Below, piece after piece: positions 47,114 through 57,270 of a stretch of 64,000 nt of DNA. Source of the DNA: a virus (Duplodnaviria > Caudoviricetes); the IMG/VR virus record IMGVR_UViG_3300002220_003854, positions 1 to 64,000 of that record; one strand, given 5' to 3'. The notes below the pieces were generated by a model. It did not search any database. It saw nothing but the letters and a program-made list of their open reading frames with translations, and was not told the DNA's origin. A program made the translations under genes and the position numbers. Within the stretch, counting starts at the first letter, position 1, and each line of letters opens with the position of its first letter.

Positions 47114-48378
47114 TTCTTTATAACGTCAATAATGTACTCTAACACTTTTTCGTTGTATAATGGTGTACATCCAATAAAGAATACTCGGTCTAGTGCTAGA
47201 TTAGCATTTGGATACTTCTTATAATCATCTAAGTGTTTGTATGCAGGATGCAATAATATATTGCCCCCGAAGTAATTTCGTGTTTGTATTCTATTGCCTT
47301 CGAAATGACTGACTAAGAATTCTTTCTCGTCTGAGTCTTTGCATATAATAGGTATACCAAACCAACTCGGATCTGCATTTGCTAGTGTTTTAACTGGCGT
47401 AATGCCCACTTGATCGACTAAGTATTGTTCTATCAAATTCTTATGATACCGACGTTTAACGTCGATTTCATTCAGCTTTGTTAGCTGCACTATTCCGACT
47501 GCTCCTTGCAAGTCTAGTGGCTTTAGATTATACCCAATATTACTGTAGATATACTTGTGATCAATTACCTTGTCATATCCTTCTAGCCAGTAATCAAATC
47601 TTTTACCGCAAGTACCGCAACTTAGTAAGTTGTTTGCTCCCACACAATAACAGTCACGGCCCCACCACGAAAAGCTTCTTATCATATCAATGAATAATTT
47701 GTCATTGCTAGATACCATTCCGCCTTCACCTGTGCTAATGTGATGTGCAGGATAGAATGAACAAGACCAACTAAAGTAATATTCTGATAGGTGTTTACCA
47801 TTGAACTTAGTACCTAAGCTGTCGCAATTGTCACCGATCAACAATAAATTGTGTTTGTCGCACAATGCTTTGATATAGTCCATATCTGGCGGGTTGCCTA
47901 GCACAGGTGATACGAAAATAGCTTTGGTTTTATTTGTTATGGCATACTCTATCAAAGAAACATCAAAATTTAGAGTATCGAACTCAATATCAATAAACTT
48001 TGGAACCAGATTATTTTGTACAATGGGGGCGATTGTCGTTGGAAAACCAACGGGTGAGACAATAATTTCTGAGCCGTCTTCCCAATTGAAATGTTTCTTT
48101 AGTGCCGTAATCATTACAAGATTGGCTGAACTCCCTGAGTTCACCATATGACTGTAGCCAACGTTAAAGGTTTTAGCGAACGCATCTTGAAACTCTAATA
48201 CTTTATCACCGCTTACAATCCAAGTGCCGTTTAATACTGAATCTAATATGGCTTCTAGTTCTAAATGATTCCAATATGGCCCGCTATACAGAACTGTATC
48301 CTTTGAGGGATCAAAGTTATCGTAGTTTTTAATATAGCTAGGTTTGTAGTGTTTACTGATTTCGGTTAAATTATACAT
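47107..48378 (-). CDS. RfbH/DdhC-like NDP-4-keto-6-deoxyhexose 3-dehydratase (DegT family)
   Basis: NSGSSAN, DNCDSLG, SFYPAHHI (His in place of Lys), WGRDCYC..CGKRF, GYNLKP. Confidence 0.85.
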   Translation of the reverse strand: MYNLTEISKHYKPSYIKNYDNFDPSKDTVLYSGPYWNHLELEAILDSVLNGTWIVSGDKVLEFQDAFAKTFNVGYSHMVNSGSSANLVMITALKKHFNWEDGSEIIVSPVGFPTTIAPIVQNNLVPKFIDIEFDTLNFDVSLIEYAITNKTKAIFVSPVLGNPPDMDYIKALCDKHNLLLIGDNCDSLGTKFNGKHLSEYYFSWSCSFYPAHHISTGEGGMVSSNDKLFIDMIRSFSWWGRDCYCVGANNLLSCGTCGKRFDYWLEGYDKVIDHKYIYSNIGYNLKPLDLQGAVGIVQLTKLNEIDVKRRYHKNLIEQYLVDQVGITPVKTLANADPSWFGIPIICKDSDEKEFLVSHFEGNRIQTRNYFGGNILLHPAYKHLDDYKKYPNANLALDRVFFIGCTPLYNEKVLEYIIDVIKKW

Positions 48379-49109
48379 TATTTAGGTCCAAATTCCCAAC
48401 CAATTGGTTCTATTTTTATATCACCGAAGAAGTAACGGCTGTTCATGTAGATAATGGTACATATTCTTTCAGCTAAAAAAGCTAACATTCTATATTGCTT
48501 GTTCCCCGCTGTATCGATTGGTTGTATATAAGGTAGCGAATATTTGACACCCTCATATAGTTCCAATACGGTATCAAACAAAACTTGACACATTCGATTG
48601 AACAATTCTCTGTGTGCGAAAAACATGTTACATGCTGACAAGTTATTGATCACATACAACTTATCGATCATGTCACTAGTAATCGGTATTACATTTTTAT
48701 TCGCGGCTTCTTTCAGAATGTCTAATCCCAGTTTTCCGTGACAATCCGTGTATTGTTGAGCAGTTGACATAGAGAATCCCACGGGCGCAGAAATGTATAT
48801 AGTATTATCGTTTAGTGGTGTACTGTTTATCTGGTTAGTGTCATAATATCTTCTATATTGATTGGTACCAACAAACTCGTCGGATGTATTCTTCCACACC
48901 CAATACAAACCAGTTAAATCACCGACCCATTTGTTTAGGTGTGATATATTGTCACCTGTGTCATCAAAATAAAAATTCTTATTTTGCAGATATGTTCTAT
49001 AACTGGAATTGATATCAGCCGAACCGCACATCAGATTCTTTTGATTGAATTGAGTTTTTAGATTTTCATGCAGCGGAAAACAATTACAGTATAAGGTTAA
49101 GTCAGCCAT
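48378..49109 (-). CDS. DUF4422-like glycosyltransferase
   Basis: DDTGDNIS.LN..LTGLYW.WKN, YRRY, NMF, FLAER. Confidence 0.75.
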   Translation of the reverse strand: MADLTLYCNCFPLHENLKTQFNQKNLMCGSADINSSYRTYLQNKNFYFDDTGDNISHLNKWVGDLTGLYWVWKNTSDEFVGTNQYRRYYDTNQINSTPLNDNTIYISAPVGFSMSTAQQYTDCHGKLGLDILKEAANKNVIPITSDMIDKLYVINNLSACNMFFAHRELFNRMCQVLFDTVLELYEGVKYSLPYIQPIDTAGNKQYRMLAFLAERICTIIYMNSRYFFGDIKIEPIGWEFGPK

Positions 49110-50284
49110 TAGTACTTCGCTTTTGGTACATATTTTCTATAATCAGTGGTCATACGTAACATTGTATCACCCTTACCTTCTAAGATGTCACATATTCTAT
49201 CAATAGTACCGTCGTTATAATCACTGATAAGACCCATCCTAGGATGTGGTTTGTCCAAAAGTTTTTCAAGTTTATTAGTTGCATCTTCAATGCTCCATGG
49301 AATATACATACGTTCATGATCGTTAGCGAATGTCTCTGGGAAACTACGATATGCTGGGTACAACACATTACATCCTAATGCGTCAGCTTCAGATACTGTG
49401 TTACTGACCCAGTCTTGTAAGGCACAATTGAATACTACCCTACTATTATTGACAATATTATAGTAGTCGTTTTTTTCAAGATTTTGATATATCTTTAGTA
49501 TTCCGAATTCTGCTAGTTCTTTAGTTCGGGCCATATAACTAGAGTTGTTTGACTTTAGTTGACTGCCAGAACATACACAAAATTCTACATCGGTGGATGG
49601 ATGCCTGCGGTGAAATTCTTCAATCAAGTCCATATAAAAATCTGGTTGCTTTTCTTGATCCCACCTGGCCGAGAACACCACTCTATATGGTCTATCACTA
49701 AAAGGGATAACAGCACTAACGCGACTTTGAACTTCATCTTTACCAAACGCGAGTCCTGATATATTATAGATCGGTGCAGTCCACCCTGCTATTTTCATAT
49801 GAGCAACCATTTCTTCGTTGGTTGCTAGGACACCGTCTACGAACTCATTAACCATCTTTTCATAGTGACCCATCCACTTTCCCATACCCCATACATGAAC
49901 AAAGTCATCGGGGTCAATGGTCTGAGCAAGACAACGAACGTAAATACGAGGACGGTGTCTATTATCGAGTTGATTAAGAATATAAGGTAAGCTTTCTATA
50001 CCAGGCTGAAACATATCTTCAAAATAGATAACATCTTCACTGGTAACTAGTCCAGATTTCATCATCTTAACTAGATTCATTAGTTGACTCATGCTAAAGT
50101 ATGAACGACCATGTGCATCTAATACTTGACCAGTAACTATAGCTTGATCATTGCTGAGTGTTTCTCCGGGAACTAATGTATAATTGATGCCGCGACGCTT
50201 GAATACTCGCTCATTCCAATCTGTTAGTTGCAAGGTGTAGCGGGCTACATACGGCTCCGGACCTAGATAATATAGGTTTCGCAT
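49109..50284 (-). CDS. glycosyltransferase, GT-B
   Basis: FSARWDQEKQPDF, QDWVSNTVSEA..GC.VLYP. Confidence 0.8.
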   Translation of the reverse strand: MRNLYYLGPEPYVARYTLQLTDWNERVFKRRGINYTLVPGETLSNDQAIVTGQVLDAHGRSYFSMSQLMNLVKMMKSGLVTSEDVIYFEDMFQPGIESLPYILNQLDNRHRPRIYVRCLAQTIDPDDFVHVWGMGKWMGHYEKMVNEFVDGVLATNEEMVAHMKIAGWTAPIYNISGLAFGKDEVQSRVSAVIPFSDRPYRVVFSARWDQEKQPDFYMDLIEEFHRRHPSTDVEFCVCSGSQLKSNNSSYMARTKELAEFGILKIYQNLEKNDYYNIVNNSRVVFNCALQDWVSNTVSEADALGCNVLYPAYRSFPETFANDHERMYIPWSIEDATNKLEKLLDKPHPRMGLISDYNDGTIDRICDILEGKGDTMLRMTTDYRKYVPKAKY

Positions 50285-50295
50285 TAATTAATCCT

Positions 50296-50547
50296 TTAAT
50301 TAAATTTTATTTGTGCCAAAAGGCATATGTCATTAGATAGATTGTGTATCTTGCACACAATGTTACTTTGGATAAAATATGATTCATCCTGACTTTTTTC
50401 TACTATGATTATATCACGGTTGAACGTTGTTTCAATATTGCATTTGCCCTCGGTAACATAAAAAATAGTGTCATGACTATTTTTTATCACTAGTGCATTA
50501 TTGGGTTCTATCACTGTAACGGACAGTTTATGTATTGATCTTGTCAT
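50296..50547 (-). CDS. small cupin-like protein
   Basis: IFYVTEGKC, beta-rich; weak. Confidence 0.4.
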   Translation of the reverse strand: MTRSIHKLSVTVIEPNNALVIKNSHDTIFYVTEGKCNIETTFNRDIIIVEKSQDESYFIQSNIVCKIHNLSNDICLLAQIKFN

Positions 50548-50566
50548 AATTTTATATTACATATGG

Positions 50567-50594
50567 CAAGAAAGGTTGGTACCAACCTTTCTTG
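50567..50594. terminator. perfect 28-bp palindrome, terminator or processing site
   Basis: caagaaaggttggt/accaacctttcttg. Confidence 0.6.
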
Positions 50595-50623
50595 TAAGCA
50601 CTTCATGGAAAGTTTTTTACGCT

Positions 50624-50833
50624 TTACTCCACTTTCGCGCCGATTTCCCACATGTTTTTTACCGGCTTGCCTGTGATATATTTAGCAAACTGCCGATATG
50701 CATGACTTTTATTACTGTATAGTTCTGACTCATCGTACTTGTAACCATACTCCCTGCAGAAATCTAAATACTTTTCTAGATCATCAAACAGTTGGGTTAC
50801 GCGAGGATTTGATTGATGAATAATTTTTGCCAT
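50624..50833 (-). CDS. small hypothetical protein
   Basis: SD AGGAG; FDDLEKYLDFCR..GY. Confidence 0.65.
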   Translation of the reverse strand: MAKIIHQSNPRVTQLFDDLEKYLDFCREYGYKYDESELYSNKSHAYRQFAKYITGKPVKNMWEIGAKVE

Positions 50834-50843
50834 GATATGCTCC

Positions 50844-51293
50844 TTAGATAGCTAGTTGTTGGCTTGGTTGATAACAGTTGTAAGTAATTGTGGCGCCATT
50901 TTCACCATCCTCACTTACAGTGATTTGAATATCACGTCCGGGATAACGAGTGGATATTTCTTCATATAAATCATCTGATATCATTTCACAAGATTTGTAA
51001 TTCAATTGTAACACACCTTGATACAGCTTTTCAAGCCATCGTTTAAATTGAATAAATTCAATGTCCCGATCATTATGAAATACTTGAATTCCTACATTAA
51101 AGTGAAAAACATGCCGATGAGGATAAGCCAAAAAGCTCACATCATATTCGTCACCTGACGCAAGATTTGGATCGGTTGCAGCATCTGGGTACTTATGAAT
51201 ACCTTCTCGTTGATACTGCACAAAGATCATACGCTTCGCATTCTCTTTAATTCTACTTCGTTTTTCTACTAAAATTTGTTCACGTTGGTCCAT
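50844..51293 (-). CDS. QueD-like T-fold protein
   Basis: GIH..PHRHVFHF..RDIEF..SCEM..VSEDGENG. Confidence 0.6.
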   Translation of the reverse strand: MDQREQILVEKRSRIKENAKRMIFVQYQREGIHKYPDAATDPNLASGDEYDVSFLAYPHRHVFHFNVGIQVFHNDRDIEFIQFKRWLEKLYQGVLQLNYKSCEMISDDLYEEISTRYPGRDIQITVSEDGENGATITYNCYQPSQQLAI

Positions 51294-51296
51294 TAT

Positions 51297-51512
51297 TTAC
51301 CTGTCTTCATCAAAATTAACACGTTCATGTTCTTCATCCCATTGAAGCCTATACAATGCTGATAAGCTACTTTGTGCATGAAGCCGTTGTTCAATCAATT
51401 TAATACGCTGTTCTTTATTACCTTTTTCAGCGCCAAGTTCCAATGCATTAAGCTGAGAGTCAATTACTCGTAATTTATCAGTTAATTCATCAATCTTACC
51501 TTTATAATCCAT
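51297..51512 (-). CDS. small coiled-coil protein
   Basis: ORF track. Confidence 0.6.
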   Translation of the reverse strand: MDYKGKIDELTDKLRVIDSQLNALELGAEKGNKEQRIKLIEQRLHAQSSLSALYRLQWDEEHERVNFDEDR

Positions 51513-53116
51513 TATAACACCTCAAATAGTTTGTTGAATGATTCTTCACTGTTGATGGTACCTAGTACTACTGGATTAATATCTTCAATGATCTTTGTCA
51601 TTTCATCGTCTGAATCTTCGTCTTCGGTTAGTGACTCTGATTCACCAAAGTGATCATTATAATGAGTCCTAGCATTAGTTAGTTTTTTGCCACTAAATCC
51701 TTGACTCCCTGACCTCATTTGATTCCACAGCGTCTCGTGTGATTCTATCAGAGTTAGACTGCTAACTCTATCATTTAGGCTAAAGATTTCATCTATAATG
51801 TCACCGAATCGCACACGCTCAAAGTTCTCATTCATAATCATTTTGGGTACTATCCCCTGTTCATATTTACGATTAGCTTCTTGCACAGCCGAAATGTGTT
51901 GATATACGTTATGTGCTTGAATTAATGTATAACTTAGGGTGTCCCAACTAGTCTTAGTCTCTTTGCCGTGCTGTCCCAAAAATCCATGCCCGCGATAACA
52001 TAAATCACCCATCGTCATTAACTCTGTAATAGGGCTATCTGTGAATTGCTTATGGATACCGTCTGCTAATACTGCATCCCTAAATTTTCTAGTGTCGCCT
52101 GCATAACCTTTATCTTCTGCTGTTTTTTCCATACTGTATGCCCACTTTTTATTATGTTCAATACTAGTATTAAAGTACGCTAAGCCTTTCGCTGCGCTAA
52201 AGAATGGACTAGCACAGTCAAATGTTATTTGAAATTTCGGATTATGGTATTTACGTATGGCTTTTTGTACATCAGTGAAAAACAATGCATATTCCATTAT
52301 GCTTACACCTAAGCAGTGTAACAAATCATGTTTGCCCGGAACTAGTAACCCATCATGCACGATATGAACTAATCGTCGTAACAGCAGACCAACATCAATT
52401 TTATTTTGACCGCCAAATGCCCAACCATTGAAGTGCGTCTCTGGGTATACCGTAGGATCACAATATTTCTTCATTTCCTGATACCAAGAATCGCTTTCAG
52501 TGCGATTAGATCCCTGCATTACATTCAAAAACTTACATTTACCAGTTCGGTTTCTAATGAAATATTCATTGTTGATGTGAGTGGCTGTTATAGCTTCATT
52601 GATATCATGAATGCCATGTAACGGTATTGCTTTTTTATTCAAAAAAGATTGACTGGGAACGTCGAGACACATTCCGTAATCCATGTAAGTGTCCATCCAC
52701 TTTAGTACTTGCTTCCGTTTTTCTAGCGCTTTTGGACAATTGGGATCTTTCCAATCAGCTGGCCACTGACCCTTAAGAATCTGAAACCCCCCACTGTCAC
52801 CCAACATAAAGGTACCTTCTTCGCGGTCACGAATGATGCTTTCTTTTGGATCATCATCTGTTGGATCAAGATTGGCATGCCCTGCACTATATAGTCCCCA
52901 CTTATATGTATACAACCCTTCTTGGCTATTCAAGAAGTTTAGCTTCTCTACATCTCCGTTAAACTTCGCAGGGATTCTATTAAGGTCAAAATACTGTTCG
53001 CCCCCGCGCTGCTTACCTAATCCGGCAATAAAGAAACTAGACACTGCTGGCAAAAACAGTGCCCAATCTTCTTTTTGCTTACTTGATAAATTAATTTGTT
53101 CCTGGTTTAAATTCAT
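51512..53116 (-). CDS. TGT-family transglycosylase, DpdA-like
   Basis: LGDSGGFQI, LDVP, MQG, WAFGG, LHCLG, FDCASP, HNV. Confidence 0.8.
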   Translation of the reverse strand: MNLNQEQINLSSKQKEDWALFLPAVSSFFIAGLGKQRGGEQYFDLNRIPAKFNGDVEKLNFLNSQEGLYTYKWGLYSAGHANLDPTDDDPKESIIRDREEGTFMLGDSGGFQILKGQWPADWKDPNCPKALEKRKQVLKWMDTYMDYGMCLDVPSQSFLNKKAIPLHGIHDINEAITATHINNEYFIRNRTGKCKFLNVMQGSNRTESDSWYQEMKKYCDPTVYPETHFNGWAFGGQNKIDVGLLLRRLVHIVHDGLLVPGKHDLLHCLGVSIMEYALFFTDVQKAIRKYHNPKFQITFDCASPFFSAAKGLAYFNTSIEHNKKWAYSMEKTAEDKGYAGDTRKFRDAVLADGIHKQFTDSPITELMTMGDLCYRGHGFLGQHGKETKTSWDTLSYTLIQAHNVYQHISAVQEANRKYEQGIVPKMIMNENFERVRFGDIIDEIFSLNDRVSSLTLIESHETLWNQMRSGSQGFSGKKLTNARTHYNDHFGESESLTEDEDSDDEMTKIIEDINPVVLGTINSEESFNKLFEVL

Positions 53117-53474
53117 TTTTTACCAATGTTTGCACTAGACGTATTTGTTCTTCTTTTTCTTTGATCTGATCCATAAGGATTTTTATAGTTGGATGAGTCT
53201 CAGAAAGAAGATTACGTTCTATTTCTTCTTGTCGTTTTTCACGAGCCCATTCAAGTAATACTACGGCTTCATTGTCTAGTTCTACCGTAGCATATGAAGA
53301 ATTTAGGTTGACCCAGGTTATTCCATCGTAAACTTTCAGACATTGCTCATTCAAATCATACATTACGCTACCACTTAAATGCGATCCGTGTGAGTAAGAC
53401 TTAGTAATTGGGGAATTGAAAGCTAACCCGCCCTGAACAACGACAAATCTTCCAGCTGCTATACCCGTTATCAT
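53091..53474 (-). CDS. hypothetical protein
   Basis: ORF track. Confidence 0.6.
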   Translation of the reverse strand: MITGIAAGRFVVVQGGLAFNSPITKSYSHGSHLSGSVMYDLNEQCLKVYDGITWVNLNSSYATVELDNEAVVLLEWAREKRQEEIERNLLSETHPTIKILMDQIKEKEEQIRLVQTLVKNEFKPGTN

Positions 53475-54196
53475 TTTGCATGTGCTGGTAATAGGTATCG
53501 ATAAACCGCGATCCCACTGTCTACTGAAATTTCTGCTACCCCTTGATCAGATATTTTTACGATCTTATCACCTGGCAAATCTAGGATTGCGGTAAACACT
53601 TTTACTGGCCACATTAGACTTCTACTCAGCTTACCCTTTATACCTTGATGGAATACGAAGTTACCATTATGTGTGCTAGGATCACCAAAATTAATCTTTA
53701 ACTCAGTGTTATCTGTTTTCACAGAAAAGTGTTGTTCTTCGCTGTTTGCGGTAGCTTGCTTTTTCAGTCGAATAATACTTGCAACGCTGGGCTCAAACTC
53801 AATGTTCCAAGTGGCTCCCTTGAATTGAACATTCTTTACTTTTTCTTCGATTATAGACTTTGCCATCAACCGATAGTCATTTACGAAATCTTTGTTTTTA
53901 GTTTCAAAATGAATAAACCTAGGGGTCTGATCTTGTGCGTCTCGCATTAATGTTACATTACTTTCGTTATTGTACTCATCAAATCCAAGAATGGTTTTTA
54001 ACTTAGGAAGATTTGGCATACCAAATGTTCCGATAAAATCAGCAGATGGGTTTTTAAATGTCCCCATAACAATAACTGATTTGTCTTCTGCTATAGCATT
54101 TATGCTCGTTTCTTTATCAGTTCCTGATATTTTGATCAGGTCAATGACACCCAATCCATGCGTGTGCGCAATCAAATCGTTTAAATAATCTTTCAT
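53471..54196 (-). CDS. sliding clamp (gp45-like)
   Basis: 241 aa, adjacent to polymerase; FGMPNL.KL, ISDQG..YLLPA pattern. Confidence 0.65.
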   Translation of the reverse strand: MKDYLNDLIAHTHGLGVIDLIKISGTDKETSINAIAEDKSVIVMGTFKNPSADFIGTFGMPNLPKLKTILGFDEYNNESNVTLMRDAQDQTPRFIHFETKNKDFVNDYRLMAKSIIEEKVKNVQFKGATWNIEFEPSVASIIRLKKQATANSEEQHFSVKTDNTELKINFGDPSTHNGNFVFHQGIKGKLSRSLMWPVKVFTAILDLPGDKIVKISDQGVAEISVDSGIAVYRYLLPAHAK

Positions 54197-54275
54197 TTTT
54201 TTCCTTTATATTATATTTAGGAGTTAGTATATGTTGTGTACTATATACAAATCCTTGACGAAAAGCAATAGCAAC

Positions 54276-56987
54276 TTAGCCGAACGTAAACAACTCGTCT
54301 ATAGTAGTATTGGTGATTGTGTTCTGTCGAAGATCCCAATTCAACACCCCTAGCAAGTTCTCTATCTTTTCATCAATTAAAATTTTCTCCATTTCAGCAT
54401 CGTCAAACGGCAATTCCTTGAACCAAGACGGCAACCGTAGTTCGTCTGTTGGATATGCGATACTAGTGAACCCTAAGGGGTTAGATCGTAACTTACACAC
54501 TACAATCTTCATGCCATCAACTATTTTCATAGAGTAGTTATCACTATTAACTTTCCTCAAATAATTATAATTTAGCGCAGCACGTACATGACCGGGCATA
54601 TTAGCCTTTCCAGTCTGACTCTTTAGTTCTTTTTCACCATAACTGGTTAGATTATTAACTGACTTAGGTGAACCCTTAGTCCAAGAATCTTGCTCAGTTA
54701 GAACTCGTTTAAATTCCTTGATCTGTTCGATGATATCTTCTCTGGTGTTTCCAGCTAATACTCTTTCTAGGATATTCATCAAAAAGTCTTGTACTTGTTT
54801 GGGAGTGTCTGCGCGCTTTAGGTCTAGACCCATTGCTTTGATTTTACCTTGTTTGCCATCAACGTCTAATCTTTTACCCTCTTTATCAAAGATATTGATT
54901 GCATAACGCTTGCGCACAATAAAGATTGCTCTGTCACCAATTAATTCTCTACCTGCTTTAATGATGGATCCGTTTTTTCTAGGAGCATGAAATGCGCGTT
55001 CCATAAAAGCAGGAAAGCTAGCATTTGCTTGCTCTGCAATAGTATCGTAAATTTGCACGCAAATTTCTTTATTCCAATCTAGGTCGCCAGCTTTTATTTG
55101 TTCCTGTAAAGCAGGATATGCGGTAAAATAACAACTATCAGTATCTGAGTAAATCACTGCCGGTCCTTCATGATTATAATCACCGGTGATAATCTCATTG
55201 ATTTGGCTATTCATGTGTTTAACAATTTGCCTACCTGACAACGTTACTGATTGACCGATACGCTTGTCATAAAATCTACAATGTTCGTTTAACAATGCAC
55301 CGTATGCAGAATTAAGCAAAATTTTTCGCACTAATTGTCGCTTATCCCAGTACTCTTTATCAGCATCGGTTTTCGCTTCTCTTAGATTCTGTTGCATTAC
55401 TTTACGACCAGAATACCACTTAGATAATAGTCCTGGAATTACTCCTTCTTGCTCATACGTAAAGATGGTGCCGTTTGCACTCAGCATCCATGGCTTATGG
55501 CTATCAAAGATCAATTTCCAGATTTCTGCCGCGGACATTTCTACGCTACGACCATCTTCATAGTCTATAGTTAGAATTGTACCGCGCTCTTGATTTATAA
55601 TAGCAGTGTATTCTAAACTACCGAATAACCCGGCCCATAGAATACTACCAGTTACTTCGTCCGAAACATCTTTACGCCTTTTCTTTTCACTTGCAAGTTT
55701 TCTACCCTTGTCATGCATGTATTGATTTGTTAGGGTTTGTCTGACTTGCCCGACAATGGTTTCTGGGGCCATGTTAAGAGCGCGGATAGCTGACGGGTAT
55801 AGACTGTTGATGTCAACTGCCCCGACGTACTCGTGGATGCCCCTTTTGGGAGTAGCAACATAGGCACCTGCCGCTTGCTGTTCGTCATTCTTCACTTCCT
55901 TTCGTTTTTTATCCGGAACTATTAAACCTCGCTCATGTGCTTCGTTCATAATTGCCATTTCAATCATGGCAACTGAACCCATTACTGTAGGCAGTAATAC
56001 TGTATTTTCATGCGCGAGAGCATTTGCAAGATCCAAAAACTTTAACTTGTTGTGGATCTTGACTAAGAGCATGGTATCTTGTCTATTATAGACAACAAAC
56101 TTCATAAAGTCTTTGTTGTAAAGTTGGTCTAGTGTACCTTCATATTGAGTTTTATTTTCCCCCACTTCCATTTCACCAATAGAGTCTAGTTTATACGAAT
56201 GCCTAGATTCATAGTTATACTTTTTATAAAGTTGCAAATAGTCCATATGAACTCTACCTACTAGATCGTAAGTAGTTTCTTCTTTACCGAAACGTTCGTA
56301 TGTTCTAGCCTTTGGTAATTGTCCAAGCAAACAAAACTTACGAGTATCATCCTTACTCATTATTCTAGTGACACGGTTAACCATATATGGTATATCGTAT
56401 CCTTCAGAGTTCCAACCAGTCAATACATCTGCATCCTCAATAAGTTGAAAAAATGTCTCAAGCATTGCCACTTCATCACGAAACAATATAGTGTTTGGCA
56501 ATTCTTTGATAAGATCATTTGCAGTTTCGTCTGTCATTCCATGTGGAGGAATTACTAAGGTAACCAGTTGATCTAGCCAATCTAGGTATAAACTAATCGC
56601 TGTAATTTTATTGAATGGGTCACTGGTCGGGCTAAATCCTTTTTCAGGGTTAAAATCAACTTCGATGTCAAGGAAGCATGTATGTAGTTTTGGGGAGTCA
56701 ACACCTAAGTAATTCTCACTTAAGCACCTGAATATAGGATTCACATCACTCTCAAACAACTTCTTAGATGAGTGAATCCTTTTCTCTTTTTCGAACTCGC
56801 TACGCTTACGTGTACTAAACCTAGATACGGTATCTCCGTAAATACTACGATATTTGCCTTTCGGGTCAGAGTAATACAAAGTATAGTTAGCTGGATATTC
56901 TTTATATGTTCGCTTGCCGTCAGGCGTTCTTTCTACGACATAGATACGGTCGCTGTCTTTATCTAATACTGCATCAATATAACTCAA
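54276..56987 (-). CDS. family B DNA polymerase
   Basis: Exo motifs DIE, GWNSEGYD, YNRQD; pol motifs DINSLYPS, KILLNSAYG, YSDTDS. Confidence 0.97.
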   Translation of the reverse strand: MSYIDAVLDKDSDRIYVVERTPDGKRTYKEYPANYTLYYSDPKGKYRSIYGDTVSRFSTRKRSEFEKEKRIHSSKKLFESDVNPIFRCLSENYLGVDSPKLHTCFLDIEVDFNPEKGFSPTSDPFNKITAISLYLDWLDQLVTLVIPPHGMTDETANDLIKELPNTILFRDEVAMLETFFQLIEDADVLTGWNSEGYDIPYMVNRVTRIMSKDDTRKFCLLGQLPKARTYERFGKEETTYDLVGRVHMDYLQLYKKYNYESRHSYKLDSIGEMEVGENKTQYEGTLDQLYNKDFMKFVVYNRQDTMLLVKIHNKLKFLDLANALAHENTVLLPTVMGSVAMIEMAIMNEAHERGLIVPDKKRKEVKNDEQQAAGAYVATPKRGIHEYVGAVDINSLYPSAIRALNMAPETIVGQVRQTLTNQYMHDKGRKLASEKKRRKDVSDEVTGSILWAGLFGSLEYTAIINQERGTILTIDYEDGRSVEMSAAEIWKLIFDSHKPWMLSANGTIFTYEQEGVIPGLLSKWYSGRKVMQQNLREAKTDADKEYWDKRQLVRKILLNSAYGALLNEHCRFYDKRIGQSVTLSGRQIVKHMNSQINEIITGDYNHEGPAVIYSDTDSCYFTAYPALQEQIKAGDLDWNKEICVQIYDTIAEQANASFPAFMERAFHAPRKNGSIIKAGRELIGDRAIFIVRKRYAINIFDKEGKRLDVDGKQGKIKAMGLDLKRADTPKQVQDFLMNILERVLAGNTREDIIEQIKEFKRVLTEQDSWTKGSPKSVNNLTSYGEKELKSQTGKANMPGHVRAALNYNYLRKVNSDNYSMKIVDGMKIVVCKLRSNPLGFTSIAYPTDELRLPSWFKELPFDDAEMEKILIDEKIENLLGVLNWDLRQNTITNTTIDELFTFG

Positions 56988-57270
56988 TTAACATCCTTGT
57001 TAGTCCAATACTATCAATTACAATCAATAACAGATAGTTAGCAATCATGCCGAAGCTTCTTCTAGAGTACGCAGCCCAAGCATATAGCATACATCCTGCA
57101 ATCCACACAGGATATATCATTAGAAGGGGTGGTTTAGGCACTGTAAATGCCATAGTCAAAGCACAGCCAATACTAATGAGCCAAGCTAAGATTTCTACAC
57201 CGAATCTATATGGATGGCTTTTCCAGTCTTCACGAATCCAACTGAATATGCCAATCAAATGACGGTTCAA
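56974..57270 (-). CDS. small multi-TM membrane protein
   Basis: 3-4 hydrophobic helices. Confidence 0.65.
   Translation of the reverse strand: MNRHLIGIFSWIREDWKSHPYRFGVEILAWLISIGCALTMAFTVPKPPLLMIYPVWIAGCMLYAWAAYSRRSFGMIANYLLLIVIDSIGLTRMLIELY

Noticed and set aside
54276-56987. Intein or intron in the DNA polymerase
   Set aside because: Continuous 903-aa ORF with normally spaced motifs and no splice signatures.
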